Shown here: piece after piece, positions 26,424-35,832 of the stretch
Numbering within the stretch: the stretch's first letter is position 1
Layout of the letters: each line of letters begins with the position of its first letter
From: Burkholderiales bacterium
GTDB lineage: Bacteria; Pseudomonadota; Gammaproteobacteria; Burkholderiales; JACQAP01
Assembly (NCBI GenBank): GCA_036384015.1
Contig: DASVNF010000100.1
Coordinates: 5,952-69,951, forward strand
Direction: 5' to 3'
Length of the DNA stretch: 64,000 nucleotides
Program-made: the position numbers and the translations under genes
The notes under the pieces: generated by a model
Told to the model about the DNA's origin: nothing
The model's input: only the letters and a program-made list of their open reading frames with translations
Databases searched by the model: none

Positions 26424-29389
26424 TTGAGCGGCTGGATCTCGCCCGGCCGCCAAGTCCTGTCGAACCAGGGCTGCAGCGGCCCGTACAACCGCAGGATCAT
26501 GTTCCAACCCTTGCCGGGCACGGTCTGCACCCAGTTGCTTTCCCTGGCCGCCGGGGCTTCCGGCCCGAAGTACACGTCGATGGAGCCGTCGGCATTCTTC
26601 TGCAGCCCCTTGCGCTGGCTGCCGATGCTCGGAAACTGCTCGTCCGTCTGCAGCATCGAACGCGTCTGGTTGTCGTAGAGCACCAGCGACCAGAAATCCT
26701 TCGCCGGGACCTTCGGCGGCATTCGCAGCCTGTAGTTCCTGCCGCCGTCGAGGGCGTCGCCGTTCGCATCGCGGAAAATCAACCCGTACTGCGAGCCGGC
26801 GCCCACCATTTTTGCCGACATCGCGGGCGTGATGCCCGTGGCGTAGTAAAACATCCGGGTGCGTGCATCGAGCAGGCGCACACCGTCTTTCAGGAACTCA
26901 TGGCTTCCGCCGAGGAAGCCGACCTGCCACTGGCTTTTCGGGTACAGGAAGGCTTCGGGGAAACGGGAGGCGAACAGGATGGAGCGCGCGGTCGCATTGC
27001 CCACTGCGGCCGCTTCGTCGAGGATCGCTTTCATGCGATCGTCCGGATCGAACGGCGCGCCCTTGACGATGCCGATGGCCGCCAGCAATCCAAGGGATTC
27101 CGGATCCAGTGCCGCGGCGGGCTCTTCCGCAACCAGCCGGGCAACTTCGGAATAGAAGTGCGTGTTGTTCGCATGGATGGTATTGAACTCCCGTCCCGAC
27201 AGGTTCATGAATTCTCCCTGCACCGGACGCGCTTCGCCGAGCGGATAGATGCGGGCATTGCGCCTGACGTTGTCCACCGCAGGCTCGGGATCGCCTCTCA
27301 CCTTGAAGCCACGCCAGAACAGAACATTGCCGAACGTGGGCGACCGGAAGGTGTAATAGCCTTTCGGAACCTCTCCCTTGTGGTCCGGGGGCAGGAACAG
27401 GAATCTCCCGCCCTTGCCCTTGTCCGGGCCGGCGTTGCCCAGGTCGGCGACATAGTCGAACCAGCCTGTGTCGACGATGCCCAGGGTGTTGGGCGGACTC
27501 TCCACCACCATCGGGCCCTGGCTCAGATCGAGGTAGCCCAGCACATAGATGGAGTCCGTGTTCGGCGTGAGGAACAGGGATTTAGAATCCATCAGCGTTT
27601 CGAAAATGCCGATGCTGCCGTTCCCGATCCCGAGCTCACCAATGCCCTGCCGGTAACCCACCGTGGACGCGCCCCGCATGGCGTTGAGAAATGCCTCGAC
27701 CCCGCGCATGAAGTCGAGGTTGTCGTACACGAGCTGCACCGTATCCTCTGTAGGAATGCCGTCGAAGAACTCCAGGACGCCGATGCGCGTTTCGACCCGG
27801 TCCGGCGTCGTCACGTGGAGCGGGATCGCGGTGGCCATTTTCGGTCTGTAACCGGGCACCGGTTTTACCGCGGGGATATCTTCCATCTCCTCGATTTCGC
27901 CGGGCCGCCAGGTCTTGTCGAACCAGGGTTCGAGAGGACCGTACAGCCGCAACAGGGTATTCCAGCCTTTGCCGGGTATCGTCTGCACCCAGTTGCTCTC
28001 CTTGCCGGCCGGTGCGGCGGGGCCGAAGTAGACATCGACCGAACCGTCTGCATTCGTATGCAGGCCCGCCTTCCGGCTGCCGATGCCGGGAAGGCGCTGA
28101 TCGGTTTGCAGGAGCGAGCGCGTCTGGTTGTCATACACGACGAACGACCAGAAATCCCTGGCTGGCACGCCGGGCGGCAGCGTCAGCCTGTAGGTCTTGC
28201 CGCCGTCGAGCGGCCGGCCGTTCGAGTCAAAAAAATTGGACGCATACTGCGACCCGGATCCGACCATCTTGGCTGACATCGCCGGCGTGACGCCGGTGGC
28301 GTAGTAAAAGAACCGCGTTCGGGCATCGAGCAGGCGCACCCCGTCTTTCTCGAACTCGTGTCCGCCACCGCCGCTGCCTGCAAGCCAGTTGCCGTCTGGG
28401 TAGAGGCGGAAACCCGGGTCGCGGGGCGCGAACAGCAGCGAACGGGCCGTTGCGTTGCCGACCGCAGCGGCATCGTCCAGGATCTTGCGCATGCGACCGT
28501 CCGGCTTGAAAGCCTTGCCCTTCTCGATGCCGATCGCCGCGAGCAGGCCGAGCGTCTCGGGGTCGAGAGCCTCGTTGGGTTCCTCCTGCACGATGCGCGC
28601 GACCTCGTCGTAAAACTTCACGTTGCCGGCGTGGAGGGTATTGAACACCTTGCCGGACAGGTTGACGAAGCGTGTCCTGGGGGGCTCCTTGCGCTGCGCG
28701 TAGGGATACACCTTCAGGTGCTTGCGGAAGCCGGCCACGGCGGGCTTGGGGTCGCCGTCCACGAGGAAGCCGCGCGCGGCGAGCCAGACGCCATAGGTAC
28801 GCGAACGGGCAACGTGGTAGCCGGTCGGAACCTTGCCCTTGTAGCCCGGTGGCAGCACCAGGAATTTGCCGCCCTGCCCCTGGTCCGGTCCGGCATTGCC
28901 CATGTCGACGATGTAGCGGAACCAGAAGTCGTCGAGGAAGCCGAGGATGTTCGGCGGGATCTCGACCACCATGGGCCCCTTCTTCAGGTCCAGCCAGCCC
29001 ACTGCATAAACAGTTTCGGTATTGGGCGTCAGGAACAGGGACTTCGAATCCATCAGGGTTTCTGTGATACCCACCGTGCCGCCGCCGACGCCGACGCTCT
29101 TCAGCCCTTCGCGCATGGCGTACAGCGATGCACCGGGGATGGCGTTGAGGAATACCTGCACGCCGCGGATGAAATCCAGGTTGTCGTAGGCCTTCGTGAC
29201 AGTAAGCGAATCCGGAAAGCCGTCGAAAAACTTGAGTGTTCCGATGCGGGTCTCGATACTGTCCGGGGTGGTGATTTCCGGCGGAATCCCGGTCGCCATG
29301 CTGGGCGCCACCGGATCCTCCGTCTGCGCCACGGCCGAAGCTCCGAATCCCAAACCCAGCGTCAGCCATGCCGCGATCAGCTTCTTCAC
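26420..29389 (-). CDS. Secreted protein made of two tandem DUF1254-DUF1214-type modules (internal whole-protein duplication)
   Basis: GTG start at 29389 with a GGGAGG RBS. Signal peptide ending SAVAQT. The two halves align along their whole length, for example TPD.IETRIG.L.FFDG.P, YDNLDF.RGV..FLNA, ETLMDSKSLFLTPNT, GNAGPD.G.GG.FL.LPP and a WF D.TWRPGEI ending in both halves. Confidence 0.7.
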   Translation of the reverse strand: MKKLIAAWLTLGLGFGASAVAQTEDPVAPSMATGIPPEITTPDSIETRIGTLKFFDGFPDSLTVTKAYDNLDFIRGVQVFLNAIPGASLYAMREGLKSVGVGGGTVGITETLMDSKSLFLTPNTETVYAVGWLDLKKGPMVVEIPPNILGFLDDFWFRYIVDMGNAGPDQGQGGKFLVLPPGYKGKVPTGYHVARSRTYGVWLAARGFLVDGDPKPAVAGFRKHLKVYPYAQRKEPPRTRFVNLSGKVFNTLHAGNVKFYDEVARIVQEEPNEALDPETLGLLAAIGIEKGKAFKPDGRMRKILDDAAAVGNATARSLLFAPRDPGFRLYPDGNWLAGSGGGGHEFEKDGVRLLDARTRFFYYATGVTPAMSAKMVGSGSQYASNFFDSNGRPLDGGKTYRLTLPPGVPARDFWSFVVYDNQTRSLLQTDQRLPGIGSRKAGLHTNADGSVDVYFGPAAPAGKESNWVQTIPGKGWNTLLRLYGPLEPWFDKTWRPGEIEEMEDIPAVKPVPGYRPKMATAIPLHVTTPDRVETRIGVLEFFDGIPTEDTVQLVYDNLDFMRGVEAFLNAMRGASTVGYRQGIGELGIGNGSIGIFETLMDSKSLFLTPNTDSIYVLGYLDLSQGPMVVESPPNTLGIVDTGWFDYVADLGNAGPDKGKGGRFLFLPPDHKGEVPKGYYTFRSPTFGNVLFWRGFKVRGDPEPAVDNVRRNARIYPLGEARPVQGEFMNLSGREFNTIHANNTHFYSEVARLVAEEPAAALDPESLGLLAAIGIVKGAPFDPDDRMKAILDEAAAVGNATARSILFASRFPEAFLYPKSQWQVGFLGGSHEFLKDGVRLLDARTRMFYYATGITPAMSAKMVGAGSQYGLIFRDANGDALDGGRNYRLRMPPKVPAKDFWSLVLYDNQTRSMLQTDEQFPSIGSQRKGLQKNADGSIDVYFGPEAPAARESNWVQTVPGKGWNMILRLYGPLQPWFDRTWRPGEIQPLK

Positions 29390-29486
29390 GCCAATCCTCC
29401 CGGAATCCGTATTGTTGGTTTATCGCCTGCGGCGGGTGCTGCCCGGACGCCCAACATGTTACCGAAGGCGCCCGCGCCGTGCCCGT

Positions 29487-31085
29487 TCAGAGCTGCGATT
29501 CGATCGGCAGCCAGGACAGGAACCACACGCCGATGCGCCGCCAGATGCCGGCCTGGGGCTCGGTGTGATGACGCACCTCCTGTCCGTTGTCCTGCTCGAT
29601 CCATTCGATCCTTCGCGCGGTATTTGCCGCCGCTTCCGGCGGCACGAGGGCGAGCCGATAAGTGGCCCCGGCAATCCCGGCCATGAGGTCTGCAGCTCCT
29701 TGCGCCGCCAGTTCCGGGGTCTCGAACACCAGCCCGATTTCCGTATTCAGCGAAGCCGACCTGGGATCCAGGTTCAGCGAACCGACAAACAGAACTTTGC
29801 GATCGAATAGGAATACCTTGGCATGCAGGCTGGCACGCGATGAACCCCCCAGGCCCGGACCGGAACCGCCGCGCGTCTTCTCTTCACCGGGTCGCCGAGC
29901 GGTGGCCTTGACCTCGTAGAGCTCGACACCCGACTCCAGGAGCGCCCGGCGGTAACGGCTGTACCCGGCGTGAACAGCGGAAACATCTGTCGCCGCCAGG
30001 GAATTCGTCAGAATCACCACGTGCACGCCGCGTGCACGCATGTGCTTGAAGTAGTCGACCCCTGCCTTACCCGGAATAAAATACGGGGAAATGATCAGTA
30101 GTTCGCCTTGGGTGGCATCGGTGATCTTTGCGAGCTTCGGGAGCAGGTGCGTGCCCTGGTCCTGCGGGGACTGCGTGATTTTTGCCGGATCGTCGTACAA
30201 GGCCTCGGCCTTGCCCCAGAAGAACGTCAGGGAACCCGTCCGCAGGTTCTGTGCAAGCTTGCTGTTTCGCAACGCGTCCGCGTAGGTGCCCGCCCGCTGC
30301 GATTCGCCGTATTCGGCCAGGGCCGCGCGGGCGCGGTTCACATCTTTCTCCGACACCCGTTTCGATGCCAGGGCCGCGATGGGAATCGCCGCCGGGCTGT
30401 TCCAGTACAGGTCGAAGGAATCGGCCACCTGCTTCACCACCGGGCCGATGGCAAGCACATCCATGTCGGCGAAATCGAGATCTGACGCGGCCTCGAAATA
30501 CTCGTCGCCGACATTGCGCCCGCCGACGATGGTGGCCTGGCCGTCGGCGGTGAAGGACTTGTTGTGCATGCGCCGGTTGACGCGCCCGAAGTCGGTCAGC
30601 GTACCGAACAGCCGCGCACCGCGCGACGCAATGGGATTGAACAGGCGCACCTCGATATTGGGGCTGCCATCGATCAGCAGCAGGTGCGCATCGTTGGGCG
30701 CCGTCCCGAGATCATCGATCAGCAGGCGGACCCGTACCCCCCGCCCGGCGGCACGGACCAGGTGATCCAGCAGCACGCGGCCCGTGGTGTCGTTTCGCCA
30801 GATGTAGTACTGGACGTCGAGGCTGCGTTCGGCGGTTTCCGCCAGCGCCAGCCTCGCCAGGAACGCATCCCGGCCCCGCGAGAGCGGATAGGCGCCGGAC
30901 AATCCCGGATGGGCCGCCGCTTGCTCACTGGCCATGCGGCCGAGCCGTGTCCCATCGGTATCCCTCATGACATGCGACTCCTCCCGCTGAAAGTCCTTCG
31001 GAAGCGACGCACAGGCCGCCAGTCCGAGCGTCGCTGCAAGCATGCATGCAGGCGCCATCTGGAACGGAAGCAAGTATCGTTTCAT
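29487..31085 (-). CDS. Phospholipase D-family protein with two HKD motifs (cardiolipin synthase/PLD-like), probable lipoprotein
   Basis: Lipobox-like LGLAACAS. HKD motifs MHNKSFTADG and LHAKVFLFD, each followed by a GS.N.D region. Confidence 0.8.
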   Translation of the reverse strand: MKRYLLPFQMAPACMLAATLGLAACASLPKDFQREESHVMRDTDGTRLGRMASEQAAAHPGLSGAYPLSRGRDAFLARLALAETAERSLDVQYYIWRNDTTGRVLLDHLVRAAGRGVRVRLLIDDLGTAPNDAHLLLIDGSPNIEVRLFNPIASRGARLFGTLTDFGRVNRRMHNKSFTADGQATIVGGRNVGDEYFEAASDLDFADMDVLAIGPVVKQVADSFDLYWNSPAAIPIAALASKRVSEKDVNRARAALAEYGESQRAGTYADALRNSKLAQNLRTGSLTFFWGKAEALYDDPAKITQSPQDQGTHLLPKLAKITDATQGELLIISPYFIPGKAGVDYFKHMRARGVHVVILTNSLAATDVSAVHAGYSRYRRALLESGVELYEVKATARRPGEEKTRGGSGPGLGGSSRASLHAKVFLFDRKVLFVGSLNLDPRSASLNTEIGLVFETPELAAQGAADLMAGIAGATYRLALVPPEAAANTARRIEWIEQDNGQEVRHHTEPQAGIWRRIGVWFLSWLPIESQL

Positions 31086-31103
31086 TCCGGCGGACGGCGC
31101 GCG

Positions 31104-31463
31104 CTATTGCGGTTCGATTTTCCAGTCGCCTTCCGCCTGCTTGCACAGGGTCAAGACCACCCGGTTGTCCCGGCCCTTGGCCGAGTTCGCCACTTCGAGT
31201 TCGCGGCAGGGCTGGCCTGCGCGTTGAAAAGTGGCGCGCGGCGTGAGGTCGCCGTGGGCACCCGTTTTCGGATTCTCCCAGCGCGCCGTTTCCCCATCCT
31301 TGTTGCGCGCCAGGACCTCCGCGACCGCCGATTTCAGGATCTCCCGGTCTTCATCGGTCATGTAGCGCACCGGCAGGTCCCGCGCCGAGAAGATATTCGC
31401 CGCCGTCGCAAGCGCAGGCAGCGAGAGACTGACGATGGCGGCCATGCAAACCAGTTTTACCAT
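31104..31463 (-). CDS. Small secreted protein ('surface antigen'-type, COG4520-like)
   Basis: The C-terminal 119 aa of run-on ORF 31104..32036. ATG 31463 has a GGGGAGG RBS. Signal peptide ending ALATAAN. Two Cys (QPCRELE, LTLCKQAEGDW). The family call is tentative. Confidence 0.45.
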   Translation of the reverse strand: MVKLVCMAAIVSLSLPALATAANIFSARDLPVRYMTDEDREILKSAVAEVLARNKDGETARWENPKTGAHGDLTPRATFQRAGQPCRELEVANSAKGRDNRVVLTLCKQAEGDWKIEPQ

Positions 31464-31540
31464 GATTCCTCCCCAATTTCGGCGCTGCAAGGATTGCCGA
31501 TTCCAGAAATACGCAGATGAATTTTCTGAGCACCCAGTAC

Positions 31541-31870
31541 TCAGCCCTGCCTTTCCTTCACCCATTCCTTCAGGTTCCAGGGTTCGTACAGCGTCCAGAT
31601 GTAGTCCGAGGTCGCATTCTCGCGCAAATGGTGAATGTTCTGGTTCTCGGCTTCGTCGATGAATTGCTCGAAGATTTCCAGGCTCGGAAACTCGACCACG
31701 ATCAGCTGCCGGCGCGTCGTGTCGCCGTGCATTTCCCGCAGCGGCCCCGTGCCCGAGCTCACCACCCTGCCGCCCAGGCCGTAGATGATTTTGCCGGCCT
31801 TGACCGAATAGTCCCGGTATTCGTCTTCCCGTCCCGGGATGAGGTTGAACACGTTCAATGCGTAGATCAT
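31541..31870 (-). CDS. DUF1330-domain protein
   Basis: ORF 31541..31951 trimmed to ATG 31870. About 109 aa with an MIYALNVF...EY..Y......I...GG beginning, typical of DUF1330 as I recall it. Confidence 0.5.
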   Translation of the reverse strand: MIYALNVFNLIPGREDEYRDYSVKAGKIIYGLGGRVVSSGTGPLREMHGDTTRRQLIVVEFPSLEIFEQFIDEAENQNIHHLRENATSDYIWTLYEPWNLKEWVKERQG

Positions 31871-31944
31871 GCGGGGCTCCGGAAGCGGTTTGGAAGGCTC
31901 CGGTAGAATGGCACGCAACAACCCAACGAACAAGGGAGGATGCC

Positions 31945-32943
31945 ATGGCAAAGAACCTGCAAGTCCTGCTCGCGAGCCGCCCCACCGGACCGGTCGAGGA
32001 GTCCAACTTCAACATCGTCGAATCCGACATCCCCAAACCCGGCAGCGGCGAGATCCTGGTGAAGAACTACTGGCTCTCGCTCGACCCTTACATGCGCGGC
32101 CGCATGAATGCGGTGAAGTCCTACGCCAAATACGTCGAGATCGGTGAAGTCATGACCGGCGGCACAGTCGGCAAGGTCGTCGAGTCCAACAACCCCAAAT
32201 TCAAAGCCGGTGACCATGTTGTCGGCTCGCTTGGCTGGCAGAACTATGCAACCAGCAGCGGCGAAGGACTTGCCGTCGTCGACGTGAATATCGTTCCGCC
32301 GTCGGCGTACCTCGGCGTCTGCGGCATGCCGGGCGTGACCGCCTGGATGGGCCTGCTCGAATACTGCGCGCCGAAGGCCGGCGAGACCGTGCTGGTCTCC
32401 GCCGCGAGTGGCGCGGTGGGCGGAGTCGTCGGCCAACTTGCAAAGCTACAGGGTTGCCGTGCAGTTGGCATTGCCGGCGGACCGAAGAAATGCGAATACG
32501 CGGTGAAGGAACTGGGCTTCGACGCCTGCGTGGATTACAAGGCCGGAAAGCTCATCGACGACCTCAAGGCCGCCTGCCCGAACGGCGTCGACGCGCTGTT
32601 CGAGAACGTCGGCGGCGAAGTCCTGGATGCGTCCTTCCGGCTGCTCAATCCGTTCTCACGCGTGGCGCTCTGCGGCCTGATTTCCGACTACAACCGGCCG
32701 GAACCCTATGGCGTGAAAATGATCCGCGCGTTGCTGGTGAATCGCGTCAAGCTGCAGGGCTTCATCGTCTTCGACCGCCCGGACCTTTATTCGAAAGCCG
32801 TCGCCCATCTCGTCAAGGCGGTCGCGGCTGGAAAGATCAAGTACCACGAGACGATTGCGGAGGGAATTCGCAGCGCCCCGAAAGCATTCATGGGATTGCT
32901 GAAGGGGGAGAATCTCGGGAAGCAGCTGGTCAAGCTGGCGTAA
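31945..32943 (+). CDS. NADP-dependent oxidoreductase, medium-chain dehydrogenase/reductase family (YncB/CurA/PTGR-like)
   Basis: ATG 31945 with a GGGAGG RBS. Strings WLSLDPYMRGRM, GVCGMPGVTAW and nucleotide-binding VSAASGAVGGVVGQLAK. Confidence 0.8.
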   Translation: MAKNLQVLLASRPTGPVEESNFNIVESDIPKPGSGEILVKNYWLSLDPYMRGRMNAVKSYAKYVEIGEVMTGGTVGKVVESNNPKFKAGDHVVGSLGWQNYATSSGEGLAVVDVNIVPPSAYLGVCGMPGVTAWMGLLEYCAPKAGETVLVSAASGAVGGVVGQLAKLQGCRAVGIAGGPKKCEYAVKELGFDACVDYKAGKLIDDLKAACPNGVDALFENVGGEVLDASFRLLNPFSRVALCGLISDYNRPEPYGVKMIRALLVNRVKLQGFIVFDRPDLYSKAVAHLVKAVAAGKIKYHETIAEGIRSAPKAFMGLLKGENLGKQLVKLA

Positions 32944-32952
32944 CCTCATGGA

Positions 32953-33060
32953 AGGAGGGAGGATGGCATGCGAACGAAAATGCAAGTTCCGCTTGCGGGC
33001 CAGCCCACCGAACCGGTAGAGAAGTCCACATCGAGTGGCGGCGACAGCGACCGCCGGGAC
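32953..33060 (+). pseudogene. Degenerate duplicate of the RBS and first about 22 codons of the upstream oxidoreductase gene
   Basis: GGGAGGATGGCATGCGAACGAAAATGCAAGTTCCGCTTGCGGGCCAGCCCACCGAACCGGTAGAGAAGTCC aligns with 31930-32005 (GGGAGGATGCCATGGCAAAGAACCTGCAAGTCCTGCTCGCGAGCCGCCCCACCGGACCGGTCGAGGAGTCC). Similarity is lost afterwards. Confidence 0.55.
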
Positions 33061-33131
33061 CGATCCCGGCCCATGGATCCAGGGCGGTATCAGGGCCAGG
33101 TTCCGGAGGGCTCGCCCGCGAGGAGACATTG

Positions 33132-33650
33132 ATGCGAGCCGGCAGCTACCCGCACCGGGGCGTGTTTGCGTGGCGGTTCGCGCTCAACGTTTTCGTCGGC
33201 TCAACCCTCGTCTGGGCCACGCTGCGGTATCTCGAAGTTCCGGATCCGATCTGGGCCGTCGCCTCCCTGATTGCGGCCGCGGACCCACAGGTCAAGGTGG
33301 CGGCCCACATGTTCAAGAGCCGCATCGTCAACGTGCTCGTCGGCTCCGCGATCGGCTTGCTCTTCTTGTCCGTTGGCGGATCGAGCGAGTGGAAACTTCC
33401 CCTCGCCGTAGCGGTGACAGTGCTGGTCTCCGCTTATCTGGTCCGCCTCCAGACGATGTGGCGCCAGGCGCCAATAACAGCCGCCCTGATCATCGGCTCA
33501 GGCCTGACTCATCAATCGACCGTGACCGGTGTCGAGTTCGGCCTGAGCAAGACCGCAGAGGTCATCTTCGGCTGTGTCGTCGGCCTGTTCGTGAGCTGGT
33601 TCATCGCGCGACTATGGCCCCTGGCGGAACTCCCGCAGGCGGTCGAGTAG
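33132..33650 (+). CDS. Small integral membrane protein (FUSC/aromatic-acid-exporter-like)
   Basis: In-frame part of ORF 32454..33650 from ATG 33132. It has 4-5 hydrophobic segments and a sequence style like FUSC N-terminal modules. The family call is tentative. Confidence 0.4.
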   Translation: MRAGSYPHRGVFAWRFALNVFVGSTLVWATLRYLEVPDPIWAVASLIAAADPQVKVAAHMFKSRIVNVLVGSAIGLLFLSVGGSSEWKLPLAVAVTVLVSAYLVRLQTMWRQAPITAALIIGSGLTHQSTVTGVEFGLSKTAEVIFGCVVGLFVSWFIARLWPLAELPQAVE

Positions 33651-33782
33651 TCCTGAAGCGAGCATGCGACTCTGATCGGCCAGGTATTACACGGGGCACG
33701 GATCCTGCGGTCTAAAAAGTGGAAACGACGCCTCCTGCCGCACTGCACGGGCCTCGAACTCAACCTCTCCGCCCGGTACGCT

Positions 33783-34346
33783 TCAGACCCTGAGCGAACC
33801 ACGGAACGCCCTGGCGGCATAGTACGATTCCGCGCCATTGTGATACACGAAAACGTGGCCGTAGCGACGATCGCAAAAAAGGGCGCCGCCGCGCTTCCTG
33901 ATATCGGCAGGCGTCTTCACCCAGCTCGACGTTTTCATGTCGAACTCTCCAAGCTTCTGCAAATCCCGGTATTGCTCTTCCGTCAGGAGCTCCATGCCCA
34001 TTGCAGCCGCCAATTCCGCGGCGCTGTTTTCAGGCTTGTGTTCTTTCCTTGACTGCAGCGCTTCGCGGTCATAACAGACGCTCCTGCGGCCTTTGGGACT
34101 TTCCGCCGAACAATCGTAAAAAATGTACTCGCCGGTCTTCTTTTCGAATCCGACGACATCCGGCTCACCGCCGGTCCTTTCCATTTCGCCGAGCGACCCA
34201 AGTTTTTCAGCATTGGCTTCCAGCCTTGCCTGTACCTTGGTCCACTCGAGGCCCCTATGACGATTCATGTTGGCCTCGAAACGGGCCTTCAACGTTCGGA
34301 GAAGTTCTTCACGCTGCTTGGGTTTCATGTTTTGGCTTTTTTGCAT
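33783..34346 (-). CDS. DUF4256-domain protein
   Basis: C-terminal part of run-on ORF 33783..34823. Candidate ATG starts at 34346 and 34328. Strings GGEPDVVGF, YIFYDCSAESPKGRRSVCYD, KTSSWVKTP and GGALFCDRRYGHVFVYHNGAESYY match my memory of DUF4256. Confidence 0.5.
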   Translation of the reverse strand: MQKSQNMKPKQREELLRTLKARFEANMNRHRGLEWTKVQARLEANAEKLGSLGEMERTGGEPDVVGFEKKTGEYIFYDCSAESPKGRRSVCYDREALQSRKEHKPENSAAELAAAMGMELLTEEQYRDLQKLGEFDMKTSSWVKTPADIRKRGGALFCDRRYGHVFVYHNGAESYYAARAFRGSLRV

Positions 34347-34357
34347 TTTGTCTGGGC

Positions 34358-34902
34358 CTACAGCCATTTTCGCCTGCGCTTGATGGGAACTTGAACGCCG
34401 CCGCGCCCATCCTCCAGTTCCTCCACGACTTCGTAGCCGCAGGCCCGGTAAAGCGGCTCCCCGGACAATGTGCCCATGAGTTCGACTTTTCTGAAACCTT
34501 CCGCCCGCGCGGCCGATTCGCACAGGGAAAGGATCAGCCGCCCCACGCCCTTGCGGACATGGCTGGGATGCGTATACATGGCGCGGACCCGGGCCGCATC
34601 CCGCTGCGGGTCCAGCAGCGCAGGACTGCGCCCCGGCGTCTGGTCCCCCCGTACAACGTGGCGCGTCGGCTCCATCCGCCGCAGCCGGCGACCTCGCCGC
34701 CAGACTCGACGACGAAGTAGGTGCCGTCGTCGATGAGCTGGGTGTCGAGGCCCATGATGGTCCGGCTGGACTCGATCTGCCGCGCATCCAGAAACGGCTT
34801 CTGCAGCTGACCGATGGCCGCATCCATCAACTGCCGGAGCATCTCGAGGTCGGCACGGGTGGCGAGCCGATGCGCGAGTGTTTGTACAGGCATCCCTTGC
34901 AT
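34358..34902 (-). pseudogene. GNAT-family N-acetyltransferase interrupted by a -1 frameshift in a homopolymer (C6 on plus strand, 34645-34650)
   Basis: The N-terminal part (MQGMPVQTL...GGWSRRATLYGG) is in ORF 34534..35415. The C-terminal part (DQTPGRSPALLDP...AMYTHPSHVRKGVGRLIL...GFRKVELMGTLSGEPLYRACGY) is in ORF 34358..35278. Adding one G to TACGGGGGGACC restores one continuous frame. Confidence 0.7.
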
Positions 34903-34949
34903 GGCTCCTGTGTGATTGGGTCGAAGGACAACCTCCGCAGGAAAAGCCG

Positions 34950-35717
34950 TCAAGCGGCGGCGATGACGATTTCCTGCCGCACGGCACGGGCTTCGAGCTC
35001 CACCTCTGCGCCAACAAGGGGTGGGCGCGCCCGATAGACGAGAATTCCGCGGGTAACGGCATCTCCCAACCGGCCAAGCAACCCCGGCCCCCAGACATCC
35101 GGGATGTCGATCGCGTGGAACAGCGCGACCTGGGTGGTATCGTCCCAGCCGACCCCGAGTTTCCGCAGCGTAGCGCCGACGGTATCGATGACGAAGCGTG
35201 CCCGCTTCTGCATGGCCGCGGGCGCGGTGTCCCCCTCGGCGACGATCTTTCCCGCATCGATGTCGGCCTGGCCGGCAAGGAAGAACGTCTTCACCTTCCC
35301 GGCGGCGGGCACCACATAGGAGAACGCGCAAACCGACGTAACCCCGGGCGCTCCCAGCGCCAGCGCAATGTTGGAACGGCAAACCGCGCTCTGGTCGCCG
35401 AAGATCAATCCCCATTCATTGAGCTTCTTCAGGTACGGGACATTGAAAGTCGACCAGTCGGCAAAGCTGAGCGGCGCCGGCACGCGCAGCTCGATGCCGC
35501 AGAATGCCTGCGGCGGACGTCCGATGCTCTTGAGATGCCTTTCAATGAATCCGTAGGCCTGTTCCAGCGGCACCCAGGGGCGCAGGACCGCTCGCACGAC
35601 TTCGAATCCCGGATGGGGAACGACGCCTGCGCAGAATACCGGCCCTCCTCGCAGGATTCTGTATCCACCCGTCTTGTTGTCTATCAGGGACGGCGAACCG
35701 GGACTTTCATTGCTCAT
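34950..35717 (-). CDS. Hypothetical protein
   Basis: ORF 34950..35885 trimmed to ATG 35717 with a GAGGAG RBS. Coding-like composition and no family recognised. Confidence 0.45.
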   Translation of the reverse strand: MSNESPGSPSLIDNKTGGYRILRGGPVFCAGVVPHPGFEVVRAVLRPWVPLEQAYGFIERHLKSIGRPPQAFCGIELRVPAPLSFADWSTFNVPYLKKLNEWGLIFGDQSAVCRSNIALALGAPGVTSVCAFSYVVPAAGKVKTFFLAGQADIDAGKIVAEGDTAPAAMQKRARFVIDTVGATLRKLGVGWDDTTQVALFHAIDIPDVWGPGLLGRLGDAVTRGILVYRARPPLVGAEVELEARAVRQEIVIAAA

Positions 35718-35832
35718 CTTGTTCTCCTCGGCGATTCTTACGAGCCCGCTGCGTCGGCTTGTACCGACGCGACGGGCAGGGTCCTTCCATGCCAGGTGGC
35801 TTCCCGGCAACCTGGATTGCATCCAGACGCAA

